A DNA stretch of 64,000 nucleotides from an uncultured bacterium. Its GTDB lineage: Bacteria > Acidobacteriota > Thermoanaerobaculia > Multivoradales > JAHZIX01. Positions 18,105 through 26,794 of the stretch are shown piece by piece; the stretch's first letter is position 1; the number at the start of each line of letters is the position of its first letter. The notes below the pieces were generated by a model that saw only the letters and a list, made by a program, of their open reading frames with translations, searched no databases and had not been told where the DNA came from. The stretch lies in NCBI GenBank assembly GCA_965368975.1, contig CBDUPA010000002.1, forward strand, positions 320,001 through 384,000. The letters are read 5' to 3'. A program made the position numbers and the translations under genes.

Positions 18105-19235
18105 ATGCGGTGGCTACTTGCCTTAGCGGTTCTGTTGTCCGCATTGGGCAACCCAGCATTCGCTCAGACAAGCGAGAGCTGCACGCAGTTTCGGTTGAGT
18201 GCTGCACCGGATTGGACAGCGTCCATCGCTTGGTCTCCAAACCATCGCGCTTTGATCTTCGCGGACCCGACGTCGGCGACGCTTCACGCATTCCGACCTT
18301 CGTATCTCTCCAAGAGCATGATTCTGGATCCCGGCCTGACACAGACACTCAACGAGAACCAGCCAGCTAGACGCCCGTCGACGTTGCATCGAATCAGTTC
18401 TGGATTCCTACTGGAGGATGCGGCAGATGGCTCTATCGTGCGCCTCTCTTCAAGCTGGGAAAGTGTGGATCGAGTTCGCGTTGCAGGGATGTACCATCGT
18501 ACCCAAGGCACGTTGGAAGCTCTCCACAACTGGAGGCCGTCACCCGACGGCTCGGAGATCTTCGCCTATGGCGACGTCAAGGCCCAGGACTCTTCAAAGT
18601 GGACAGCTGCGTTGGTACGTATCGACCTGAGCGAGGAGACCTTCGAGGTGATCCAAGAACAGGAGTTCTCTTCGCCACTTCGCTCTCTTTACCTAGCCGG
18701 CCTACCCTACATCGAAGCAAGGGGAACACCTGCAACCTTCGTTGGGCAGAACACCAATGGTGAGATCAGGTTGGTACGACATGCTGCTGGGACGAGGACT
18801 GTCCAGGAACCACCTGGGCAGCTCCGAAGGTTCCTAAACTTCCGGGATTTTGTGCACTACAACGGTCTGGCAAACTTCGTCGACTTCTTTGATTCCCTCG
18901 GAAGTCGCGAGTACCTAGCAGGCTTTCTCGAGGTAGATGGTGTAAGCCACCTGCTACTGAGAGCCCGCACCGACGCTGGTCGATATGTTTGGGCTGTCGC
19001 AGACGAACAAGATGGCGACAGACAGCAGATTAGCTTCGTGCAGCTCCCCGTCCAGTCACCACAGGTACTTATCACCTCGACAGAGGATTCAGTCATCCTA
19101 GTCGAGGCCACCGTCACAGATGTTGGTCGGAAAGAATTTGGCTCGGTATGGGAGATTCCAAACAATCTCCTGAATTCAGCTGTGGCCCTGGCGCAAGAGC
19201 ACCCTGGGAGGGTCCGGCTAGTCTGCCAGAACTGA
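18105..19235 (+). CDS. Secreted beta-rich (putative beta-propeller) protein, partner of peptide copy 2
   Basis: Signal MRWLLALAVLLSALGNPAFA|Q; IAWSPN and WRPSPDG propeller-like turns; paralogous motifs with 12612-13886; start could be further upstream. Confidence 0.7.
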   Translation: MRWLLALAVLLSALGNPAFAQTSESCTQFRLSAAPDWTASIAWSPNHRALIFADPTSATLHAFRPSYLSKSMILDPGLTQTLNENQPARRPSTLHRISSGFLLEDAADGSIVRLSSSWESVDRVRVAGMYHRTQGTLEALHNWRPSPDGSEIFAYGDVKAQDSSKWTAALVRIDLSEETFEVIQEQEFSSPLRSLYLAGLPYIEARGTPATFVGQNTNGEIRLVRHAAGTRTVQEPPGQLRRFLNFRDFVHYNGLANFVDFFDSLGSREYLAGFLEVDGVSHLLLRARTDAGRYVWAVADEQDGDRQQISFVQLPVQSPQVLITSTEDSVILVEATVTDVGRKEFGSVWEIPNNLLNSAVALAQEHPGRVRLVCQN

Positions 19236-19464
19236 TCGACCCGAGAACGAGGCACAAAACGACCCTTAGCTCCTTGGGAGCTTGAGGGTCGTTTCCCGTT
19301 TTGGGGTCCCAACCGTCTCGGCTCACTTCAAGAACTTCGGCCACAACCCCTGGTGTAGGATGCCCGCAATGAGAGGCATCGATCCCGGCCCTCTCGAGCG
19401 GCAACCGAACTCTCGACCTCTCCGCTCCAACGCCCACCGACAACCAGACGCAAGGGAGGCACGC

Positions 19465-22400
19465 ATGACGCGTAGCACGTGGACCCTCGGACTCGTTCTC
19501 ATCCTGCTCGCCGCCCTCACGGCGGTACCGGCCGTCGCCTCGAAGACGCAACCGGCACCCGGCACCTCCGCCGGCCTCGACGCCGATCTGCTCGCCGGCA
19601 TGACGGCACGCGCCATTGGCCCGGCGGCGATGAGCGGTCGTATCGGCTCGATCGACGCGCTGGCGAATGACCCGAACGTGATCTACGTGGGCGCCGCCAC
19701 CGGCGGCTTGTGGCGCACGCGCAACGGCGGCGTCACCTGGGAGCCGATCTTCGACGATCAGCCGGTAGCAGCGATCGGAGCAGTGACGCTGGAGCAGGCG
19801 AATCCGGACGTGGTGTGGGTGGGCACCGGCGAGGGCAACACGCGCAACAGCGTGTCCGTGGGCAACGGCGTCTACAAGTCGCTCGACGGCGGCGACACCT
19901 GGACGCACCAAGGCCTCGACCAGACCGAGCGCATCCACCGCATCCGCCTGCATCCCGACAACGCGGACATCGCCTATGTGTGCGCCCTCGGCCAGCTGTG
20001 GGGCGAGAACGAGCAACGCGGCGTGTTCAAGACCACCAACGGCGGCACGACGTGGGCCAAGATCCTGTACGTCGACGAGCGCACCGGCTGCTCCGACCTG
20101 GAAGTGGACCCAGTGAACGGTGACAAGGTGATCGTGGGCATGTGGCAGCACCGCCGCTGGCCGTGGTCCTTCAAGTCAGGTGGCCCGGGCTCCGGGCTCT
20201 ACGTAACCCATGACGGCGGCGCGACCTGGACGCAGCGCACGCAGGACGACGGCCTACCGGAAGGGCACCTCGGCCGTATCGGCCTGGCGATTTCTCACTC
20301 GCAGCCGAACGTGGTCTACGCCATCGTCGAGGCCGAGAAGTCGGCTCTGCTGCGTTCCGACGACGGCGGCAAGACGTTCCGCGCCGTCAACACGAACAAC
20401 AACGTCATCTCGCGGCCCTTCTACTACGCCGACATCCGCGTCGACCCGAAGAACCCGAACCGTGTGTACAACCTGTGGTCGCTGCTTTCGGCCTCGGACG
20501 ATGGCGGCCGCACCTTCGACATCATCGGCTCCTGGAACACGATCCATCCCGACCACCACGAGCTGTGGATCCATCCGCACAACCCGCGCTTGCTGATCAA
20601 CGGCAACGACGGCGGCGTCACGATCTCGCAGGACCACGGCCGCACCTGGCGCTTCATCGGCAACCTGCCCTTGGCGCAGTTCTACCACGTGCGAGCTGAC
20701 AACCAGATCCCTTACAACGTCTACGGCGGCCTGCAGGACAACGGCTCCTGGGTCGGCCCCAACGAGGTGTGGGAGAACGGCGGCATCCGCAACCACCACT
20801 GGCAGGAAGTCAATTTCGGCGATGGCTTCGACACCGTGCCGGACCCGCAGATCCCCAACCAGGGCTACGCCATGGCGCAGACAGGCTACCTCGTGCGCTG
20901 GAACCTGGACACCGGCGAACAAAAAGAAATCCGACCAGCACCGCCGGCGGAGGACGAGAAGCTGCTGCGCTTCAATTGGAATGCCGGCATCGAATTCGAC
21001 CCGCACGACCCGACCGGCGCCACCGTCTACTACGGCAGCCAGTACATCCACAAGTCGACTGACCGCGGAGACACCTGGACGATCATCAGCCCGGACCTGA
21101 CCACCAACAACCCAGAGTGGCAGAAGCAGGCGGAGAGCGGCGGCCTGACGCTGGACGTGACCGGTGCCGAGAACTTCACCTCGATTCTGGCGATCGACCC
21201 CAGCCCGGTGCAGGAAGGCGTGATCTGGGCAGCCACCGACGACGGCCGCCTGCACGTGACGCAGGACGGCGGCGAGACCTGGACCAGCGTCGAGGGCAAC
21301 CTGCCGGGCGTACCGGCCAACACCTGGATCCCGCACGTCAACGCGTCGCCGCACGCCGCCGGCACCGCTTTCGTGGTGCTCGACGACCATCGGCGCTCCA
21401 ACTGGACCCCCTACGTGCTGCGCACCGACGACTTTGGCCAGACCTGGACGTCGCTGGTGAGCGACAACCTGTGGGGCTATGCCCTGGTGATCGAGCAGGA
21501 CCCGGTGGACCCGAACCTGCTGTTCCTGGGCACGGAGTTCGGCCTCTGGATCTCGACCGACGCCGGTAGCGGCTGGCTGCGCTTCGAGCACGGCGTGCCG
21601 ACGGTCAGCGTGATGGACCTGGCGATCCAGGAGACCGAGCACGACCTGGTGATCGGCACCCACGGTCGTGGCTTGTTCGTGCTGGACGACATCCGCCCCC
21701 TGCGCGGACTGGCCGCCGAGCACCAGGCGGGAGAGCTCCGCTTGTTCGAGATCCCCACCGCCTACCAGCACGAAGTCGCCCAGACTGGCTCCTCGCGCTT
21801 CCCGGGCAACATCGAGTTCCGCGGTGAGAACCCCCGCTACGGCGCGCTGCTCACCTTCTCCCTTCACGGCGACGACCTACCGCACCCGGACGAGGCGAAG
21901 GAACGCGAGCGCAAGGCCGCCGAACGCGCTGCCAAGCTGACCGAAGTCGAAGCCGGCGAGAGCACCGAACAAGAACCGGCACGGCGTCGCGGACGGCGCG
22001 CTGGCGCAGGTGGTCCAGGCCCAGGCGGCCCCCCGTGGGCGCGCGGCGACGACGGACCGCAGATCGACATCGAGGTCGCGGACGCCAGTGGTGAGGTCAT
22101 CCGCAGGTTCAAGGCACCCGCCCGCCAGGGTCTCAACCGGACCACCTGGAACCTGGCACGCGACGGCTTCCGTCGGCCAGCGGGGGACTTGCCCTTCTGG
22201 ATCACGGGAGCACCCACGGGACCGGCCGTACCGCCGGGCACCTACACGGTGACCGTGAAGTTCCGCGACCAGGAATCGAGCCAGACGGTCGAGGTGAAAG
22301 CCGATCCGCGCATCGATCCGCCCCAATCGCAAGCGACCTGGGAAGCCCACTACCAGGGCCTGCTCGACGTCGGGGCCCTACAGGAGGTCCTCACCGACGC

Positions 22401-22965
22401 TGTAGAGCGTATCGACGCGACCAAGACGAGCGTCGACAGCCTGCTGGCCCGCGCCGGTACCCTCAACAAGGAAGCTCTCGAGGCAGAAGAGGAGGAAGGC
22501 GGCGAGATAGAAGACGCTGCTTCCGAGACAGCTGACTCAGACACGGGCGACACCGAAGGCGAAGCGGGCAACACCAGCGGCACCGAGGTCGCGGCGACCG
22601 AAGAAGACGAGGCAGCCCGCGGTCCATACGGGGAACTGCTCAAGGCCGGCCGTGAGCTGAACGAGCAGCTCGACGGACTGCGCGAACGCCTGGTCGGTCC
22701 CGAAGAGAGCAAGGGCATCCAGGAGGACACCGACGCGCAAAGCTACCTGGGCGGTGTCCGCGGCTCGATGAGTTCCTCGTGGGATCCGCCGACGGCGGCA
22801 CAGCTGGCCTACCTGGAGCGCGTGCGCCAGCAACTGGCGGCAATCCTGGAAGACCTCAACCGCGTCCACGCCGAGGACGTCGCCGCCTTCCGGACCCAGG
22901 TGCGCGAGTCGCAACTCGACTGGCTGCCCGAGCAAGAACCTCTGACGCTGCCCGAGTCGGAGTAG
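19465..22965 (+). CDS. Secreted VPS10/sortilin-like BNR (Asp-box) repeat protein, glycosyl hydrolase-like
   Basis: Signal peptide; RAIGPAAMSGRI; many S/TxDGGxTW Asp-boxes; YGGLQDNGSW; LFLGTEFGL. Confidence 0.88.
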   Translation: MTRSTWTLGLVLILLAALTAVPAVASKTQPAPGTSAGLDADLLAGMTARAIGPAAMSGRIGSIDALANDPNVIYVGAATGGLWRTRNGGVTWEPIFDDQPVAAIGAVTLEQANPDVVWVGTGEGNTRNSVSVGNGVYKSLDGGDTWTHQGLDQTERIHRIRLHPDNADIAYVCALGQLWGENEQRGVFKTTNGGTTWAKILYVDERTGCSDLEVDPVNGDKVIVGMWQHRRWPWSFKSGGPGSGLYVTHDGGATWTQRTQDDGLPEGHLGRIGLAISHSQPNVVYAIVEAEKSALLRSDDGGKTFRAVNTNNNVISRPFYYADIRVDPKNPNRVYNLWSLLSASDDGGRTFDIIGSWNTIHPDHHELWIHPHNPRLLINGNDGGVTISQDHGRTWRFIGNLPLAQFYHVRADNQIPYNVYGGLQDNGSWVGPNEVWENGGIRNHHWQEVNFGDGFDTVPDPQIPNQGYAMAQTGYLVRWNLDTGEQKEIRPAPPAEDEKLLRFNWNAGIEFDPHDPTGATVYYGSQYIHKSTDRGDTWTIISPDLTTNNPEWQKQAESGGLTLDVTGAENFTSILAIDPSPVQEGVIWAATDDGRLHVTQDGGETWTSVEGNLPGVPANTWIPHVNASPHAAGTAFVVLDDHRRSNWTPYVLRTDDFGQTWTSLVSDNLWGYALVIEQDPVDPNLLFLGTEFGLWISTDAGSGWLRFEHGVPTVSVMDLAIQETEHDLVIGTHGRGLFVLDDIRPLRGLAAEHQAGELRLFEIPTAYQHEVAQTGSSRFPGNIEFRGENPRYGALLTFSLHGDDLPHPDEAKERERKAAERAAKLTEVEAGESTEQEPARRRGRRAGAGGPGPGGPPWARGDDGPQIDIEVADASGEVIRRFKAPARQGLNRTTWNLARDGFRRPAGDLPFWITGAPTGPAVPPGTYTVTVKFRDQESSQTVEVKADPRIDPPQSQATWEAHYQGLLDVGALQEVLTDAVERIDATKTSVDSLLARAGTLNKEALEAEEEEGGEIEDAASETADSDTGDTEGEAGNTSGTEVAATEEDEAARGPYGELLKAGRELNEQLDGLRERLVGPEESKGIQEDTDAQSYLGGVRGSMSSSWDPPTAAQLAYLERVRQQLAAILEDLNRVHAEDVAAFRTQVRESQLDWLPEQEPLTLPESE

Positions 22966-22978
22966 CCGGCGAACGACC

Positions 22979-23710
22979 GTGACACTGACCCACCGAGACG
23001 TCGCCGGCTACCCAGTCTGGCGCGACCGTCGCCTCGACGAGCGCGGCACCGTGGAGATCCTCTTCACGGGCCGCGGCTCCCACACCGCTGCCGAGGCTGC
23101 CAAAGAACCTCGGCAGCAAGTCCTCGCGGCCGTCGAGTCGACACCACCCGCGTTGGCGATGGCCAAGCAGATTCATTCGGACCTTGCACTACCAGCCCAG
23201 CCCGGGCACTGCGGCGAAGGCGACGCCCTGTTCACCACCGAGCCGGATCTGGCGCTGTCCGTGATCACCGCCGACTGTGTACCCGTGCTGCTGGCCGGCA
23301 AGCACTGGCTGGCCGCGGTGCACGCCGGCTGGCGTGGGCTGGCTTCGGGAGTGTTGGCGCGGACCCTCGAACACGCGACCGAAGACACCGCCGACCTCAC
23401 CGCCTGGATCGGCCCGGCGATCGGGCCGTGCTGCTACGAAGTGAGCCCCGAGGTGGCGGACGAAGTCGCACACACCAGCCGTGCCGGCGGAAGCGATAAC
23501 GAGCCCGTCGTGGTGCCGGGCAAAGCCGAGCGTCCGCACCTCGACCTGCACGCTGCTGCGCGCAACCAGCTGCGCGCCCTGGGACTCGATGCGGCGCGCG
23601 TCCACTCGGGGCCGGACTGTACGCGCTGCCGGGACGACGTGCTGTGGAGCTACCGGCGGGAAGGGAAGCGAGCGGGGCGCAACATGGCGTTCATCTGGCG
23701 CCGGTCTTGA
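22979..23710 (+). CDS. pgeF: PgeF/YfiH family (laccase-like domain) protein
   Basis: QIHS, GDALFT, TADCVPVLL, HAGWRG, GPAIGPCCYEV, SYRR motifs. Confidence 0.9.
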   Translation: MTLTHRDVAGYPVWRDRRLDERGTVEILFTGRGSHTAAEAAKEPRQQVLAAVESTPPALAMAKQIHSDLALPAQPGHCGEGDALFTTEPDLALSVITADCVPVLLAGKHWLAAVHAGWRGLASGVLARTLEHATEDTADLTAWIGPAIGPCCYEVSPEVADEVAHTSRAGGSDNEPVVVPGKAERPHLDLHAAARNQLRALGLDAARVHSGPDCTRCRDDVLWSYRREGKRAGRNMAFIWRRS

Positions 23711-23749
23711 GGACTCCTGCTGAGGTTTGGCTGCTAAACTTCGGCCTCA

Positions 23750-25999
23750 ATGGATCCACCCTCTCCCTCCGTCTTCATCAGCTATAGTCACGACACCGAC
23801 GAGCACAAACAGCGTGTCCTGGCGCTGGCGGATCGGCTGCGCCAGGACGGGATCGACGCGATTCTCGATCGCTACGCGGGGTCCCCGGAGGAAGGCTGGC
23901 CGAGATGGATGTTCGGACAGATCAAGGCTGCCGACTTCGTGCTCGTCGTCTGTACCGAGACGTATTACCAGCGCTTCTGGGGCCTGGCGCTGGACGGGCT
24001 CGGTGTGAACTGGGAAGGCGCCATTCTCACTCACTCCCTCTACGCCGCCCGTAGCTGGAATCCGCGCTTCGTGCCTGTCCTCTTCGACACCGAAGACAAG
24101 TCACACATCCCCGAGATCTTCAGCGTCTCCTACTTCTCAGTCTCCACAGAAGCAGGGTATCTCGACCTCTACCGCCACCTGACAGGTCAACCCGAGACAC
24201 CGCCCCCGCCCATTGGCCCACCACGAGAACTCCCGCCGTCCGACCGCCCTGACCCCCTCTTCGAGAGCGACGAAACCCGCGGCTTCTCCAAAGAGCTACA
24301 GTCCGCGCGACAGGAAAGGAAAGCCCTGTCACTCCGAGGCGAGGACATCACTACCGTCCAGGAACGCATCCTCGACCTGAGACGCAAGCTGCGCGCCGGA
24401 CCACAGCTGCAAGCCGGGGACCTGTTGCTCGACCGCTTCGAGCTGGTGGAGGAGATCGGTCACGGCGGCTTTGCGGTGGTGTGGAAAGCCTGGGACGAGG
24501 AGGACGAGGTAGTTGTCGCGGTCAAGGTGCTGCACGGCCAGTACTGCAAAGACCGCACTCGCCGCCAGCGCTTCTTCAACGGCGCCAGGCGCATGGCGAA
24601 GTTGCACCATCCGCACGTCGTCAAAGTGCTGCACCAGAAGCAGGTCGACGATGGTCATTACTTTTTCGTGATGGAGTACCTGCCCGGTGGTGACTTCCGG
24701 CAAGCCGTCTGCAGCGGTGCTCTCTCGCAAGATGAACGCCTACAGGTCGTGCGTCAGATCGGAGATGCACTGGAATACGCCCATGAAAGACAGGTAATCC
24801 ACCGCGACGTCAAACCCCACAACATCCTGCTGGACACAGATGGCACCCCCAAGCTGACCGATTTCGACCTGGTGCGCGCGCTCGAGTCAACGCAGGGGAC
24901 CAAGACCGGCTTCTTGGGTACACCGCTGTACGCGGCACCGGAGATGATGGAACGCCCACAGGACGCAGGGCCCGCGGCGGATGTCTATGGATTGGGGATG
25001 ACGGCGCTGTTTGCCCTGGCGGAGCGGGAACTGCCGCTGTCCCTGATGCGGGGAGTCGATGCCTTCCTGGCAGACTTGCAAGCACCAGAGCCCATCAAGA
25101 AGGCAGTCCATCGGGCGGTAGCATGGAACGTCCAAGAGCGGTTCAGCTCAGTAGCGGAGTTCTGCAGCGCGTTGGAGCTGCCCCGCAAGCCGACCCGGGT
25201 GGAGCCGCAAGCTGCACGATCAACGCGACCGCGACTAGCCTGCGGGAGTACGGGAGAGATTCTGCCACCGACCCAGGTCCGCGAGCGCCAATACGGAGAA
25301 TTGGGCATCGAGCTGGTGCACGTACCGGCCGGTGTGTATCCGATGGGTGCCAAGGGCATCAAGTACGCCGAACCAGTTCACCAAGTACAACTCAGCGAGT
25401 TCTGGATCGGCAAGTACCCCGTGACCCGCGAGCAGTACGCCGCGTTTCTGAAGGCCCATCCAGATCATGCGAAGCCACTCTTGTGGACCGAGGAGGGCTT
25501 TCAGCAGCCACGTCAACCCGTGGTCGGCGTGAACTGGCACGATGCCAAAGCCTTCTGTGGGTGGATCGGCGCACAGCTCCCCACCGAGGCGCAGTGGGAA
25601 GCCGCGGCGCGCGGCCCAGAGGGTCGGCCGTATCCATGGGGTCCTGCTGAGCCGACGAAGCAACTCGCCTGCTTCGGGCAAGACTGGGAGACGGGAAGTC
25701 CGGAAGCGGTCGATGCGCTACCCGAGGGTCAGGGGCCGTTTGGCACCTGGGCTCAGGCGGGCCACGTCTGGGAATGGTGCGAGGACGGCTGGGATGAGAA
25801 TGCCTACGCCGAGCGCGCGAAACGCATTCTGGAAGATCCCGCCCATGCCGCCGACAAATCTGCGTATCGTGTGCTGCGCGGCGGGTCTTGGGCCCACCAG
25901 GCCAGGAACCTGCGGGCCGCGTCCCGGAACAGGCTCAGGGCCGACTATCGGTACCGGAGCATCGGGTTCCGTGTCTGTGTGTCGTCCTCCGAGCCTTGA
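23750..25999 (+). CDS. SEFIR/TIR-like domain + Hanks-type Ser/Thr kinase + FGE-sulfatase (CLec-fold) protein; putative DGR target
   Basis: VFISYSHD...GWPRWM...ADFVLVVCTETY; IGHGGFAVVWKA, VAVK, HRDVKPHN, DFDL, APE; LPTEAQWEAAARG...VWEW...RVLRGGSW...GFRVC. Confidence 0.88.
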   Translation: MDPPSPSVFISYSHDTDEHKQRVLALADRLRQDGIDAILDRYAGSPEEGWPRWMFGQIKAADFVLVVCTETYYQRFWGLALDGLGVNWEGAILTHSLYAARSWNPRFVPVLFDTEDKSHIPEIFSVSYFSVSTEAGYLDLYRHLTGQPETPPPPIGPPRELPPSDRPDPLFESDETRGFSKELQSARQERKALSLRGEDITTVQERILDLRRKLRAGPQLQAGDLLLDRFELVEEIGHGGFAVVWKAWDEEDEVVVAVKVLHGQYCKDRTRRQRFFNGARRMAKLHHPHVVKVLHQKQVDDGHYFFVMEYLPGGDFRQAVCSGALSQDERLQVVRQIGDALEYAHERQVIHRDVKPHNILLDTDGTPKLTDFDLVRALESTQGTKTGFLGTPLYAAPEMMERPQDAGPAADVYGLGMTALFALAERELPLSLMRGVDAFLADLQAPEPIKKAVHRAVAWNVQERFSSVAEFCSALELPRKPTRVEPQAARSTRPRLACGSTGEILPPTQVRERQYGELGIELVHVPAGVYPMGAKGIKYAEPVHQVQLSEFWIGKYPVTREQYAAFLKAHPDHAKPLLWTEEGFQQPRQPVVGVNWHDAKAFCGWIGAQLPTEAQWEAAARGPEGRPYPWGPAEPTKQLACFGQDWETGSPEAVDALPEGQGPFGTWAQAGHVWEWCEDGWDENAYAERAKRILEDPAHAADKSAYRVLRGGSWAHQARNLRAASRNRLRADYRYRSIGFRVCVSSSEP
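25868..25999 (+). repeat. DGR variable-region-like repeat VR1 (pairs with 26663-26794)
   Basis: 118/132 nt identical to VR2; all mismatches at codon positions 1-2. Confidence 0.85.
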
Positions 26000-26042
26000 T
26001 TCTTGGCCCTTGGGCCTTGTTCCCCTTCCGGTTTCCCCCTCC

Positions 26043-26067
26043 GTGTTGACAGTGACACTGTCAACAC
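26043..26067. other. Perfect hairpin/cruciform downstream of VR1
   Basis: gtgttgacagt-gac-actgtcaacac (11-bp stem, 3-nt loop). Confidence 0.75.
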
Positions 26068-26094
26068 TCCGGCAGCATTGACAATGTCAACACG

Positions 26095-26340
26095 TCAACA
26101 ACCGAAGCCCAGAACTCCGCGCCACGAAGCCAGCGAACGCTCCAGCGTGGTCAGATCACCGCGAGCGAGCAGAGCCAGGCGCTTGCGGAACCGCTGGGTA
26201 GCCTTCTTGCCAACCTCGATTCCCTGTCGCGAGATTCGGTAGCCCAGGTACGGCTGGGTACCGATGGAGCTGCGGATGTGCCCCTTGCGAACATTCAAGG
26301 CCAGGCGGCGCTGCTGCCACAGCCAGGCCCGGACCTCGCC
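26095..26340 (-). pseudogene. C-terminal remnant of a DGR-type reverse transcriptase
   Basis: EVRAWLWQQRRLALNVRKGHI...QPYLGYRIS...RFRKRL...LERSLASWRGVL*: resembles RT6/RT7 and thumb; no start codon and no YxDD upstream. Confidence 0.68.
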
Positions 26341-26537
26341 ACCGCCAAACGCGTGGCGCGCTCCTGCCGGGCCTGCGCGGCACAAATGCGCGCCTCGTTC
26401 AAGGGCAGGTCTTCGCGCTTCAGACTCCAGCGTCCATCGACCTTCCGCGCCGGAAGGTCGCCCTGGCGTATGCGGTACCGGAGCTGAAGCTCCGACTTCC
26501 CAAGCAACCGTGCGGCTTCCGACAAGGACAATTCCAT
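26341..26537 (-). pseudogene. Truncated excisionase-like helix-turn-helix protein (N-terminal ~65 aa)
   Basis: MELSLSEAARLLGKSELQLRYRIRQGDLPARKVDGRWSL; then reads out of frame into the RT remnant and stops at 26295. Confidence 0.68.
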
Positions 26538-26662
26538 GTCGACATTGGTAACAAAATTTCCCCGTGCACGTCAAGAACCACGATGCTACAAACCGAACCC
26601 AGCAGAATCTTAGCTTAGGAAGAAATTCTAGGCATTCCGGAACAAGGCTCAAATACCAAGTC

Positions 26663-26794
26663 TCAAAGCTCGGAGGACGACACACAGACACGGAACCCGA
26701 AGTACCGGTTCCGATCGTCGGCCCCGTACCTGTTCCGGTACGCGGCCCGCAGGTGCCAGGCCTGGGAGGCCCAAGACCCGCCGCGCAGCACACG
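26663..26794 (-). repeat. DGR variable-region-like repeat VR2
   Basis: Reverse complement aligns without gaps to 25868-25999. Confidence 0.85.

Noticed and set aside
20254-21867. Long antisense ORFs (also 1702-2913, 13871-15241, 34200-35489, 43002-44195, 59285-60424)
   Set aside because: Shadow frames opposite well-supported genes, expected in high-GC DNA; no motifs
25868-26794. One of the two repeats being the DGR template repeat
   Set aside because: Both are in-frame gene ends, and adenines at mismatched sites are split between the copies with some sites having A in neither; both behave as VRs
25868-26794. Terminal inverted repeats of a transposon or invertible element
   Set aside because: The inverted arrangement follows from convergent genes; mismatches are codon-position biased and no transposase or recombinase is present
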